A DNA stretch of 64,000 nt, from NCBI GenBank assembly GCA_964016885.1, contig OZ024743.1, forward strand, positions 37,572,001 through 37,636,000, read 5' to 3'. This document shows, in pieces, positions 12,783-27,804 of the stretch; within the stretch, counting starts at the first letter, position 1, and each line of letters starts with the position of its first letter. The translations under genes were made by a program, and so were the position numbers. Source of the DNA: Eledone cirrhosa. Its lineage: Eukaryota. Under the pieces are notes generated by a model that was given only the letters and a program-made list of their open reading frames with translations, ran no database searches and was not told the origin of the DNA.

Positions 12783-15442
12783 TTAAAAGTCAATCAGAGC
12801 ATCACCGAAGAGGTAAGTGCTCGTCTTCAGCCCTTTCAAACGTGTCCACCATACTATCTCTTTCGCCATGGCCACCAGGCAGATAAAAACTGCCTTCCCT
12901 TCCCGGCTAAAGGAGGAGGGCGGGGCAATCCTCACGATGGACTCAGATGATAGCCGGATCCGTCCTAAACGCGACAGCAGGTGTTCGACATAAACCCACA
13001 AGTCAGCAATGCTCGGACACAGGACGAGTGCGTGCAGGACGGTTTCGTCGCCCTGCGCGCATCTCGGACATGCCCGGCTGACGGCACCTCCATGCCTGTA
13101 GAGTTTATCCCGAACTGGCAAGGCTCCTCGGTAGCACTGCCAGGCCAGAGATTTCTGGAAGTTGTCCATAGGCCCTGGCCCGAAAGTTCTTCCGAAGAGA
13201 TTGGCTAGTTGATTTTCGTCGACGCCTAGAGTTTCTCCAAGTACGTCGTCGCTCTTCCCCTCCACTAATCCTCTATAGAACGCCGAGGTGGAGTTTCCAC
13301 CGATCACATTGCTCGATTGGTCGAGGACTGTAGGCGCCTGAAGACATTCCAGTCTCCAGGCTCTCCCTCTCGGTCTTCGCTTGACCCAGGACTGCAGCTC
13401 CGTCAAGGAAACGAGCTGGGGAAATACGTGTCTAGCAAACGGCGACCACACCTGATCACCGTCGAGGAAGAGGTGGAGATGTCGTAGCCTGAGCGCGTGC
13501 CTGCGCATCATCAGCCACGGCTTGCCCAGCCCTCCACGTAGCGGGTGTTGACAACAGATAGACCGCCTGACCATCGGAGCGCGTCCCTTCCACAAAAAGC
13601 GAAAGAGCAAACGCTCCAGCGCAGTCAGGCGAGGCTTAGGACAAGGTACGACGGCCAGGCGGTAGCAGATGACAGACGCAATGTACGCGTTAGCCACCTC
13701 CGCTCGACCTTTCAGGGACAGCTTCCTCTCCGTGAGAGAAGCCACCCTGCTCGTCACCTCGTCCCAGTTTTTGTCCGTCTGGAGGTCCGGACCGAACCAG
13801 ACCCCTAGCAATTTAACCGGTCCGTCCGTCCAGCGTCCAACGACGCTGTTGGACGTCATGGACCTGCTTCTCCAGGTGCCGAGCTGCAGGCCCACTGACT
13901 TTTCCTGGTTGATCATTGCTCCTGTCACCGCTTCGTATTCTCTTAGTGTAGTGCCGATCGCCTCGATGTGTTTGGCGTTCGACACCACTACGGTGACATC
14001 GTCCGCATATGCTGACACGAATCTTCCGCATCCTAGTTCGCGCGGGACGCCCCTCAACGTCTCCAGTTTGTGCAGTAATGGCTCGAAAGTCAATACGTAC
14101 AAGAGGGACGAGAGGGGACATCCTTGGCGGACCGAGCGCATGATGTTGAACGGTTTCGACAGGTGACCGTTCACTCTCACCACAGAGCAGATGTTGCTGT
14201 GCATGGCAGCGATCCAGCCTCTGAAGACGGGCCCAAAGCCAGCCGCCCTCAGGACTGCGCTAGGTAACGATGGTCGACCCTATCGAAAGCTTTCGACTGA
14301 TCTAAATTGATCAAGAACCCACCCGTGCCAGGTTCCCTAGCTACCCTCTCTACGATGTATCGCATTAGGTGGAGGTTGTCGTGGATGGATCTGTCGGGAA
14401 TGGCGCATGTCTGCGACTCTCCCACCAGACCACCAACGACAAGCGCCAACCTCTCTGCTAGCACCTTGGCCAAAATCTTGAACTCTGTGTTTAGCAGAGT
14501 TATGGGCCGGAAATTATCTATGTTATCCCCCTTGTTCGGATCCTTTCTCAGCAGTGCCAGCGCTCCCCGGCTCACAGAACTGGGAATTCTCCCGTTCTGT
14601 TGCCAGTTGCAGTAGACGTCCGCCAAGAGGCCTCCGAATAAGTCTGGCATCTGTACGTAAAGTTCATATGTAAGACCATCCAAACCAGGCGATTTACCCC
14701 TTGTGCAGCCGGGTCCTCGTCTATGAAGCCTATCTAAGTCAAGCACACAGATCACGAATTTGTGGTCCGTGTAGCTGACTATCTTGAATTGTGGACAGCC
14801 AATGCTAGACCTATCTATTTCCCTACAAAATACTCTATCTAGATATGATCTGGATGACGCTATGCGATTTGTCCAAGTCGACATTGGCACATTCGGGAAA
14901 TCCAATCGGTACCTGTCAGACAGTTCAAAACGTCTGAGCAGGTTGGTGAGGCTCTTGCACCCTCCACCCCTATCCGCTAATCCCACACAGTCCCAGCGTG
15001 CATCTAAGACCCCGTTCCAGTCGCCCACTAACACTAAAGAGCGGGACGTTCCAAGAAAGGTCTCCAGACGCCGGAACAAATCAGGCCGCCCTGCTCCTGT
15101 CGGGGCATAGACGGCCACTAGCCTGAAAGCTTGCCCGTCTCCGCTGGTCACGTCCAGCACCACCAGCTTACCCTCTGGGTCCAGGAAGATGTCCCGTATG
15201 GCGAGATCCAAACCTCTCTGAAAAAGCACAGCAACTCCTCCCCCCGATCCCGGACGGCTGGGAGATGCGTACACATCGTAGCCGCCGAAGATCGGTGCGA
15301 AGGCCCGTGCTTCGGAGATTCTGGTCTCGCTGATGACCACTACATCTATGTTTAGTGACCTGAGGTCGTTGAGCAGGTGACCCTGCTTCCATGACGACCC
15401 CAAGCCACGCGCATTTATGCTGCCTATTCTGAGTGAGGTCAT
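12783..15442 (-). pseudogene. ORF2 (APE-RT-CCHC) of LINE copy B
   Basis: ORFs 14249-15769 and 12783-14204 with a frameshift near 14250. About 600 bp of linker is missing relative to copy A. Confidence 0.9.
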
Positions 15443-15789
15443 GTTTAAAATAGAGTGGAAAAGATGGGAAAGACCACTTACCGTACTTTTGGTAGAGGAG
15501 GGATGGTTTTTACATCCCTTTTCACTTGATCGTCTGGTGAAGGGACCGTTTAATCGTCCCTTCGGCTGGTCGTCGGGTCTTCTATGAGTATGTCCGAATA
15601 TACTCTTCGATTGTGAGTTCCTCCTAGGTCCCTGAGGGAATTTCGTTTTAATGTTTGTGTATTGTTTCTGTGCTATTTTTAGCAGTCTTATGTTAGTTGG
15701 CGTTTTGATTGGTGCTGGTATTATGTAGTCGTGTTGTGAAATGTCTGTGTGTTCAATTATGTAAGTCATTAGTTTCTTGTTGTGTGTAT

Positions 15790-17547
15790 TTATTGCCGTG
15801 CATTTGTTTTTCTGGGGGTGGGGTGTGGTTCTGCTATTTTCTTGTCGTTGTTGCTGGGTGTGTGTGTTTTGTTGTTGTGTTTACGATATTGGTGCTTGTG
15901 GTGGTGGTGTTGAAGGTGTTGTTGGCGGTGGGGTTGTCGCCGGTGGTGATGGTGGTGCTAGTGTGGGTGGTGATGGTGTTGGTGGTGTTGCTGCTGTGAG
16001 TCTCTTTGCAGTAGACTTTACCCTTTTCTCATTTCTTTCCCCCTTTTCAAAGGCGACGATGCGCTGCTTCTGCGTTTGTGCCTTCTTACGACCTTTTGCC
16101 ATCCCTCTCCCACCTCACACTCCATGTCTGATTCTGTGAGGTCGGGCAGGGGTACCAGCTCCACTCTTTCACTTGTTGTTGTTGGTGATGTTTGCACTGG
16201 AGTCTCTGTTGCAGCTGTATTTGGTATTGCTGTTGTTGTTGTTAATATTTCCACTGCTGCTGCTGTTTTTGATTTCCGTGGCGTGGGTATGGGTGCCACG
16301 GACCTATCGTTCCTGGTTGCCGCTTGTCCTGTTGCTGGTAGCCGTGGAGCCGGTTTCGGAAGGAGGGGGTTTTCTCCTTTCTCAGGGTCTTCTCGTTGCA
16401 GAAGGCCCTGAGGTGAGTCTTTGATCCACAGCGAAAGCATTTCGGGCGTTTGCCCTCAACACTTATGGGCAGTTGAGTGCCGTTATCGAAGTCTATCACA
16501 TCCGGGATAGCTTCGATGCACTCCTGGTTGGTTTGGATTAGCATCTCAATGGAGGTGCCGACCCAATCTTCTCTTACTTTTTTCTGTACTTGCAGTACAG
16601 TTGTTTTGTCCTCGATTCCGACGAGGACAGACGCGGCCAGCCAAGAAGAGGCCATCCCGGGGGGGACGTGGGTCAATTTTTTGCCCGCAGTAGGAGGGCA
16701 CCAACACCATTTCCTCGTTCCTTAGGGTCACTAAGGATTGAGCCTTTGCCTCCTGGGGTGTGGCAAAAAGTACGTCTACGGTGGCATATTTTTTGCCTCG
16801 GGTGATGTGCGTTTTCCGCTGCCACACAGACCCCAAGGCTTTTTGTATTTGAGCCTCTGTGGCTCTTTCAACCCTACGGGATTTTGTACTTACTGTACGG
16901 TACGTGACCGTACAGTGCTGTTGGGTTTCGAAAAATGTTTCCGTTGCCTTGCAGATTGCTCGGTGTCCAGTCTTTGTCACCATCTTCTTCGCTTCCTCTA
17001 ATTCCTCATTTGTTATGAGGATTGTTTCCAGGTTTTTCGTAATACCTGCAAATGAGATTTGTTTTTCTTTGCTGCTGTTGTTGTTGTTGTCGTCAGAGCT
17101 GCTGTTACTTTTGTTGTTGCTGCAGGTACTACGATTACTGCCTCCGCCGCTGATGCTGTGGTTGTTGTTGGTGTTGCTGCTGCTAATGCTGTTGTTGTTT
17201 ATGCTGCTGGTGATGCTGTTGCGGCTGCTACTGTTGTTTTCATTGTCACTGTTGCTGTTGTTATTACGGCTGCTATTGCTATTATTCCTGACGTCAGACG
17301 AATGAAATGGGTTTTCGTATTTCCCGCACACCTGTTTCGTCGTTGTCGTCGTCGTCGTGGAGAAATCTTGCACGCTTTGCACGAGACTTTTCTTTTTTGT
17401 CGTCGCTTGCGAAAGAGAAGGGAGGGAGAGAGACACATTTAAAGAAGGGAGGGAGAGAGACAATCTTCTCTCTGCTGTAGTGATGATTGAGGAAGAAGAA
17501 GACGGAATGAGTGGGAGTGACCTATGAAAATTCTTTTTCGTAGCCAT
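15790..17547 (-). pseudogene. ORF1 of LINE copy B (frameshifted)
   Basis: ORFs 16546-17547, 16242-16676, 16018-16440 and 15881-16102. CCHC knuckle CFRCGSKTHLRAFC and an Asn/Ser-rich N-terminal tract. Confidence 0.8.
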
Positions 17548-17765
17548 GTTGGTTTTTTTTGTTTAAAATAAATATTCGGCACAAAACCCCAATAAGCAGT
17601 TATTTAACCCCGAAGGGCCAAATAACAGGCAGAAAGACCCTCTGTCACGAGGAGGAGGGTGTTTTTGTCTACAAGTTCGTTAAAGTTTTAAACAATTTAC
17701 AATTGTTATAGCGTTCAAAATTTACAATACTTTACAGAGCCGAGCCTCCGTCAACCATAGCATTC

Positions 17766-17803
<38 letters not shown>

Positions 17804-18059
17804 GAAGAAGAAGAAGAAAACGCACATGGTGGATATATATCGTTATGGAATCGCTCCCGTACGTTTTTGATTTTTACTTATTTAAAACAACTGTGATAGA
17901 ATAATTATTATTACAAATGAAGTATAAAATTACAGTTATTACGCTCAGCAAGCCATAACGCTTCACTTTACGCCATAGGGCCCCAATATTTAATATTTAA
18001 TTTTGGATCAGAAATGTTATAGTCGAACAATGATAGTGGGAACAATGATAGTGGGAAAC

Positions 18060-20914
18060 CTATGAACCTAAGATTTGTAGACAGGAAAAAGTTAAAAGAA
18101 ACAACAGCTAAGGTAAACAAAGTCATCCCATACCTTGAGGCGAGGAGCCTTCACCAGTGCAACAATATCCTCAAAGCAACAGCAAATGCGGTGAGGAAAT
18201 TACTTGGCATAACAGCGAGAGGAAATAACAAACAAGATAGATCAGAACCTTGGGGGAAGAAACGACTGAATGGTCAAATCAGGGAAATGAGAAATGACAT
18301 TGGAAAGCTTGAGTTCCTACTGAATGGGACACTAAAAAACATAGACACTAAAAATAGACTGGAAATAAAGTACAAAACTAGGAGGAAAAAGCTAAATATT
18401 ATCATAGAGGAACTGAAGCAACGCATTGTAGCAAAGAGTGCAAAAATTAGGCGATACGAGAGCAGAGTCAGTCAGTATAGACAGAACCGCATGTTTGATA
18501 ACAACCAGAAGATGCTGTTTGGACAGTTGAAGGGAAAGAAAGAGGCAACGACTTGATCCCTGAAGGCGGAAGAAACTAAGACATTCTGGAGAGGAATATG
18601 GGAGCAGGATGTTAAACATAATGACCAGGCAGTGTGAATTGAGACAGTACAAAATGAGATAGTGAACAGGCACACCAACAAACTGAATTGAGTATCACAG
18701 TTGAAACTCTTAAGGGGCAGGCTAAAAAAACTAACCAACTGGAAATCACCAGGCCCATCTCTCCACCCGAAACTGACAGCCATGTTCAATGACTGCTTGG
18801 TGTCAGGAGAGGTACCAGAGTGGTTGACAAAAGGTACACAGTTCTGGTAATGAAAGACCGAATCAAGGGTAATGATGTTACCAACTATAGACCTATCACA
18901 TGTCTGTCCGTAATGTGGAAACTGTTGACAAGCATTATGTCTGAGGAAATCTGAGGAAATCTACCATCACCTCCACACAAGAAACTTGTTACCGGACGAA
19001 TAGAAAGGATGCCGAAAGAAGTCGCGTGGTAGAAAGGACCACTTACTTATTGATAAGATGTTAATGAGGAATTGCAAGAGGAGACACACAGGTCTTGCCA
19101 TGGTGCCTCATTCTTGGATCACCAAAAACATAGAGATCTTCAAGGTGGCAGATAACATCAGACAGTTGTTGGGCAAAAGTATGAAGTCCTGGAAAACAGA
19201 GTTAATATCAGCTGGAGAATCCTTGGGTGACCTGAAGATCAAGAGAGGTATCTTCCAGGGAGATAGTCTGTCCCCTCTGTTGTTTGTCCTTGCCCTGATG
19301 CCCTTGACCATTATACTGCGAAAAGTGAGAGCAGGATAGAAGTTGGGAAAGGGAGAGCTTACCATCAATCACCTCCTCTTCATCGACGATCTTAAGCTCT
19401 TCGGGAAGAGTGAGAAGGAGTTGGGTGTGCTTGTTGACACTCTACGTATTTTCAGCAGGGATATATGTATGCAATTTGGTATTAATAAGTGTGGAGTTCT
19501 AGTGATGAAGAGGGGTAAATTGAGCACAAGCAACGGAATCCAGGTACCAACTACCAACAGGTGAGATGATAAAGGAAATTGGCACTGGAGAAGGATACAA
19601 ATATTTGGTGTTCTGGAGGCTGATAACACCAAGAACAAAAAAATGAAGGAATTGATAAAATCTGAGACATTAGGAGAGTAAGGAGCGTATTAAAATCACA
19701 TCTAAATAGTCGGAATGTCATAAGTGCTGTAAATTCCCGAGTTGTGTCTATTATTAGGTACAGTGCGGGAATTGTGAAATGGAATGTTGCTGAACAAAAA
19801 GAAATGGATAGGAAGACTAGGAAGCTATTGATTATCTACAACATGTTCCACAAGAGGAGTGATGTCGATAGACTCTACTTAAAGAGATCTGAAGATGGAA
19901 GAGGTATCAGCATAGAGAACTGTGTTCAGATGGAGAATAACAACCTACACAAATACGTGACCGACAGTAGGGAGCCAATGCTCAGAATTGTACTGAAGGA
20001 GAGAACAATAGACCAGGGGATGTCCAAGGTGGAAATAACAACAAGGAGGAAGACCAACCTTCATGAAAAATCCCTTCATGGTACCTTCTTTGAGAAAACT
20101 GAATTTAGAGATCCACAGACATGGAACTGGTTAAAAAGAGGAGACCTTAAAAAGGCTACAGAAGGAATGTTAATCGCTGCGCAAGAGCAGGCACACATAA
20201 CGAAGTGGGTGAAACACCATATTTACAAGGTGGAGGCTAGCCCACTGTGTAGGACCTGTGGAGAGAGAGAGGAGACTGTGGCTCACATTGTATCCGAGTG
20301 TAAACACCTAGCCCAGACTTACTATAAAGGCTGGATGATGTGATGGGCAGGGTGATCCACTGGCACCTATGCAAAGTAAACAAGTTACCACATTCTGAGA
20401 AGTGGTATGAACATAAGCCAGAGTCGGTGATAGAAAACGATCAGGTGAAGGTGATATGGTATTTTAGGATACAGACGGATAATAAACTGGAACACAATAG
20501 ACCTGACCTGGTGGTTTTGGACAAGGAAAACAGATCATGCCTGATTGTAGATGTAGACTGCCCATTTGACACGGGAGTGCAAGAAAAGGAGAGGGAGAAA
20601 ATTAACCGATACCAAGACTTAAAGTGGGAGGTAAAAAGGATTTGGAACTGCCATGAAATCAAGGTTGTTCCGATTGTCATAGGCGCACTAGGTACTATCT
20701 CAAAGAGTTTCCAATGATGGTTAAAGAAAGTTAGTCCAGCCCCGCTTTTTGGAATACTTCAAAAGGCATGCTTGCTGGGAACAGCAAGAACCCTCCGATC
20801 CGTCCTGAATATCTGAGGCTGCAGGTAGCGGCTTGATATTCATTTCAACAAACTTTCCAGTTAAATAACATCAATGACTGAGACACAAAGAACAATAATA
20901 ACAATGATAATAAT
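18060..20914 (+). mobile_element. R4/Dong-type LINE copy 2, longer but decayed
   Basis: Same RT-RLE motifs as 10536-12287, broken into ORFs 18062-18556, 19058-19339, 19343-19564, 19744-20343 and 20340-20717. Same 3' UTR and a degenerate (TAA)n tail. Confidence 0.9.
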
Positions 20915-20997
20915 ACTGATTTCATTTATTGGCCACAGGGGCCGACATGTACGGGATAATACAAAGACACGTTCACTGGTCGTCTCTACGTTACAAT

Positions 20998-21230
20998 TCA
21001 TAGCGAATGGTCTTCGAAATGTTTTTAATTAAACATGCAGTATTTTATCAAATATACTAGACATATATTCATATATACATCACTATTTCAGAGCAACAAT
21101 ACTAATACCTAAACCGCTCTGTTTAATCAGTTCTTAAACATTACTGGTATTCTATAAGAATCCAGCTTCTATAATTCTTGACAGAATCGAAGGGGTAAGT
21201 AGTCTCGGTAACCGCTAAACGAGCGAGAAT
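20998..21230 (+). repeat. Diverged single partial copy of the 310-bp retrozyme-like unit
   Basis: Colinear blocks shared with the reverse complement of the unit: atagcga..ggtcttc.aaatgttt, taaacat.cag, ctatttcagagca, aaccgctct, cagttc, gtattctataag, gtagtc. Confidence 0.75.
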
Positions 21231-21248
21231 TTATATATATATATAATG

Positions 21249-21283
<35 letters not shown>

Positions 21284-21327
21284 TTGTGTGTACGTATGCA
21301 CATATATATGTTTATATATATATATAC

Positions 21328-21556
21328 TGTTATACTTGGGGAGGGTCATATTTGTGTAATAATATTGCCAGAATTAATAACAGAACACACTCACTGTCTC
21401 GTTTGTTTTCGATTCTGTATCTTTTATATCAGTTAACTTAATTTATTCGGTCCTCGATGTAACCATTAATTCTGACAATATTATTACACAAATTAACCCT
21501 CCCCAAGTATAATAATATTTGTTTCGACACACGATTCCATATAAAAAACCTCGCAA

Positions 21557-21560
<4 letters not shown>
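21328..21560. mobile_element. PLE-associated terminal fragment with internal inverted repeat
   Basis: 21328-21378 is inverted at ~21467-21513. Homologous to 52055-52200, which adjoins a PLE GIY-YIG remnant. Confidence 0.6.
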
Positions 21561-21644
<84 letters not shown>

Positions 21645-21792
21645 ATTTAAGTCTGTGTTGGATGCTTTATGTTTTCTCTGTTCAAGTTCTAGATGCCTGA
21701 AGACGTCATAACTATTGAAATATGGTTGTCATCGCAATATAAATTCCAGCGAATATGAATTAATTAAGTTACTTCTAACCTGACATTTCTTG

Positions 21793-21830
<38 letters not shown>

Positions 21831-22081
21831 CAAAAAAGGTGACGTGGTTGCCTAAACGCTGTACGGCGTAATTCGGGCTGTTTGTTTGTTTACAAACAAA
21901 CCGAGCGCATTATAATAAATGTTCGGTAAAGCGATACGTGCATATATATATGTGTGCATGTATGTATATATATACATACTACTGTACGTCTGTATACATA
22001 TATGTATGTACGTATACATACATACATACTTACATTTAAGTAAGTGCCGTACTAATAGTGAGAAATGAAATTTCGTTTCAT

Positions 22082-22179
<98 letters not shown>

Positions 22180-22349
22180 TATTATAAAAATGACTTCTAC
22201 AGAACTGGTTCATTTGTTCTTATGGATCAGTTCCAGTCCTGTAGAAGTCACTTCTACATTAAAATGAATATGCCTATTCAAAACTGAAGTATTGATTACC
22301 ATCTTATACTGTGGTCACCGCCCGATATACATATAAAACACACACACAG

Positions 22350-22387
<38 letters not shown>

Positions 22388-22647
22388 GTATATATTTATT
22401 AAAATAACTGATTAAAGTTTAAGCAAAGAATCGTTGCTTTCACCCTTAACGGGATCTTCTGGAACTAAAAAAATCAATCTGTGAACGCAGAAGTAAATAT
22501 TTCGAAAAACGTTATATATACATATATAATAAGAATGAATGGAGGAGAAGGCAATACATTCAAAAACAAACTATACAGCTTTACGTCTAGTTTACTGTAT
22601 CACAATTTTTTCTCTCTCCTCCACTCTTATGATACATGTCTCTTCTT

Positions 22648-22755
<108 letters not shown>

Positions 22756-22842
22756 ATAATAATAAATTTGAAGACTAAAATCCAAAGAGGGCTCGATAAG
22801 GATAAATATATATCAAATATATAAGAACCGTAGAGCAAATAT

Positions 22843-24623
<1,781 letters not shown>

Positions 24624-24743
24624 ATACATATATATATGTACATATACACATACACACAAACACACACGTCTTTCTCTCTCTCTCTATATATCTATATACA
24701 CACACATATATATATATATATATACATATACGCATACACACAA

Positions 24744-24849
<106 letters not shown>

Positions 24850-25834
24850 GTGTTTATGTGTGTGTGGTGTCTGTATGTTTATGTATCACCTTGAATTTTC
24901 CTCTCAAATACTTACATCAATGTTTTACTTATAGATTACGCCTAAAAAACAACCTCTATAATCTATAACTTCCTTTATGCTTACAGTATTTATTATTACC
25001 TTGATTGACTGAACACAGCAGCACAACAACATGTGCCAATATTATTCATATATCGTTGCATTTTCTATTTATGACCAATTTTCGACATCTTTACGAGAAT
25101 CAGATGCCATAGATTTCAACCAGATATATGATATATCCAAAGGCTTTAAAACACAGTAACTCCTGCACTTATATATATATATATACTTTTCCGAAACATA
25201 TTATTGGTTCACTGCATAAAATTATGCATTATGTTATTGCTTTTACGATGCAAACTCCAGTTAGTCAGTGTCTTTGAAAAGTTTCACCAATTTATATATG
25301 TATGTATGTATGCATATCCGAGAGAACCAGTGAACTATGATCTCCACGGTATCGTGAAGGTTCACAGTCAACCTGCTGCAAGACCTGAGGCCAGTGAGAT
25401 CCATAGTTGTCACCAATGTGCGAAGGAGTATTAGTCTCTAGCCGGCTTGAAAAGCCATATTCGAGCGTCTCACATCTAAATCTGACAAGCTATTGCATTA
25501 CTCTTAGCAAAGTTTGCAGGCATCATGCGTGAGTGTGTATATACATGTATGCATGCATGTATTTTGTATGCATGTTTGTTTCCCTGTAGCGGGAGCTGTT
25601 CACCTATTACATCTCTAACGTGTTTTATCCGATTATCTGCATTGACATTTGGTGTGGGTCATGTTATCTTAATATTACCAAAAATAGTAAACCACACACA
25701 TTGCCTCTTTTGGCTTTCGCTTCAGTATGTTCTTTTATGTTTATATAAACAATTTAGCTGCCAATCAATGTTCATCATTGATTGTTCATCATTGATTGAG
25801 CAACAGTTGAACATATAAATATAATTAAAATTTC

Positions 25835-25878
25835 TCAAAGTTCTTTCGTCACACATTTTCCTCGGACATCTTCAGTGA
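25835..25878 (-). ncRNA. Minimal hammerhead-like motif (PLE terminal type)
   Basis: Minus strand: tca-CTGAAGA-tGTC...GAC-GAAAG-AA-CTT-tga. Stems are very short. Confidence 0.45.
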
Positions 25879-26419
25879 TGATCGTTGTGCTCCCTACCGT
25901 TGTGTTTGTATAAAGTTTATTTTATTTTGATTTGTTATCTCTGTTTGCACATTTATTGCGTGTGTATTTTCTGTTTGGTGTATATATTTGTATATATTTG
26001 TATGTTCTGAGACTTTCCCTGCATAACGACATGGTTTGTCCTAGCAGAAAATATCTGTATGTAGAGTTTGTATTTAGTCTTTATAGAATTGGGCTGCAGT
26101 ATTGACGATGGTGTATGTACTATTTATTTGTATATTATTTATTTAGCTTATTTCATTTACTGTATTTGGGTATATTTTGATGTGTACATGTATATACTTA
26201 AAACAGGTTTCTGGACTGAGGTGGTTGAAAGACAAGGATATATTACAACCATCACTTTTAGTAACTATGGACTTAAAATAACAAAAGATACTAATCTAAG
26301 CAAAGCCCACTACGTAGAGATAAATTTGTATTTAGCTACAGGTACGCATAGACATTATTATAATCTTTAAAATAAATTGTATATTGATTTGTTTGATTAA
26401 TTATTCAATCAGCAATAAT

Positions 26420-26605
26420 TGTTTCTACTTTAGGCACAAGGCCAGCAATTACCAGTTCATTACTGGTACTTTATTTTATCGACCCCATAAGGATGAAAGG
26501 CAAAGTCAACCTCGGCGGGATTTGAACTCAGATCGTAAAGGGACGTAGCTATGCTGGAAAGCATGGCGTCCGACCCTCTACCGATACTGCCAATCCACCG
26601 CCCTC
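26420..26605 (-). mobile_element. tRNA-derived SINE with Meta-like core and 17-bp target-site duplication
   Basis: A box TGGCAGTATCGG, B box GAGTTCAAATCC, core gcctttcatcc...ggggtcgataaaataaagtaccag. TSD attcaatcagcaataat at 26403-26419 and 26606-26622. Confidence 0.85.
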
Positions 26606-26811
26606 ATTCAATCAGCAATAATGATTTATATTTTGCGATTTTATTTTGTTAAAATTGAAAAGAACGTAGAGATTAATAAAATTATTTGGAGTGTTAACTT
26701 TGGTTTTTCTCCGAAAATATATTATTATGCTCTGTATTTTTTCCATAAGTAATTAATACATTGAGCTCTTACGCAATAGGTCAGAAACGAATGTGCCTGT
26801 TTGTGTGTGTG

Positions 26812-26848
<37 letters not shown>

Positions 26849-26851
<3 letters not shown>

Positions 26852-27048
26852 GTTATAGGAATAACCAAAGAGTGCTTAGAAATACATTGTTTTATTAGCT
26901 AACAGTGTTTCATCCATACCCCATGGCAGGGATCATCAGAGCCTTGTTTATAGGCTCTGATGATTCCTGCCATGGGGTATGGATGAACCACTGTTAGCTA
27001 ATAAAACAATGTATTTATAAGCACTCTTTGGTTAATCCTGTAACTATA
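26849..27048. repeat. ~200-bp near-perfect palindrome with divergent hammerhead-like motifs
   Basis: Arms ~26849-26944 and ~26952-27048. Each reads ggct-CTGATGA-stem-GAA(A/C)CACTGTT-agct outward from the centre. Confidence 0.8.
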
Positions 27049-27479
27049 ACGGCTCTGTAGTATACTAGTTATCCTACATTGAGCTAAAACCACACTGTCA
27101 TACTAAGGTCAATATATCTGCGTGTCTCGGCATATTGATATATTTGTCAACGAAAAAAAAAATATATATACATACATGTGTATATATATATATATATATA
27201 TACATGTATTTCAGAAATAGCTGTCGAAACTGCTTGAGCTCTATATATACATATAAGAAAATGAGGGGATTTTTAGATTAAAAAGCGAGATGTCCTACAC
27301 GGGTGAAAATATAAGGAAAAGAAATCGCAAATGCAACTGGAGTCTCTTAAAGAATATTTATTTATTTCCTTGCCGGTTTCCCAATTCTTATGCGTTTCAA
27401 AGGTAGAATTGAGTTGGGGTGTTTGTGGTTTGTCTCGCATTTGCATTTTCGATTTCTTTTCCTTATATATATATATAAG

Positions 27480-27662
27480 TTATTCCGGGTTCAATCTGGG
27501 ATAACCACAGTAAGTAAGGTACTCAATACATATCAGAGTATAAATGTTTAATATAGAAAAGCTTCTACAGGACTAGAATAGTTTCATTCGTGAGAAATCA
27601 TCAGAAAGCTTCCTAATGATTTCCCACGAATGAAGCAGTTCTAGTCCTGTAGAAGCTTTTCT
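27480..27662. repeat. PLE-type terminal repeat with fold-back and hammerhead-like motif; same family as 101-250
   Basis: 27480-27610 is the reverse complement of ~105-250. 27555-27662 is a palindrome. Minus strand reads CTGATGA-TTTCTCACGAAT-GAAACTATTCTAGTC. Confidence 0.7.
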
Positions 27663-27669
27663 CCCCCCC

Positions 27670-27736
<67 letters not shown>

Positions 27737-27743
27737 TATATAA

Positions 27744-27804
<61 letters not shown>

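Larger units (their letters stand above)
12403..17765 (-). mobile_element. Tx1/L1-clade LINE copy B, near full length, with frameshifts and an internal ORF2 deletion
   Basis: ORF1 fragments, APE, RT (NFRPITLLN, QGCPLS, YADD) and C-terminal CPRC...HALVLC knuckle. 3' UTR runs into (ATT)n; 5' end abuts (TAA)n at 17766. Confidence 0.92.

Noticed and set aside
14695-14720. Spliced-out intron explaining the ORF2 deletion
   Set aside because: Boundaries lack a credible splice donor; 3-bp microhomology explains the join better.
16859-17442. Leu/Val-rich membrane-like ORFs on the plus strand
   Set aside because: Antisense shadows of the Asn/Ser trinucleotide tract in LINE ORF1.
25204-25470. C2H2 zinc-finger host exon (CHQCAKEY*SLAGLKSH)
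   Set aside because: In-frame stop and a single finger; more likely a decayed LINE C-terminus.
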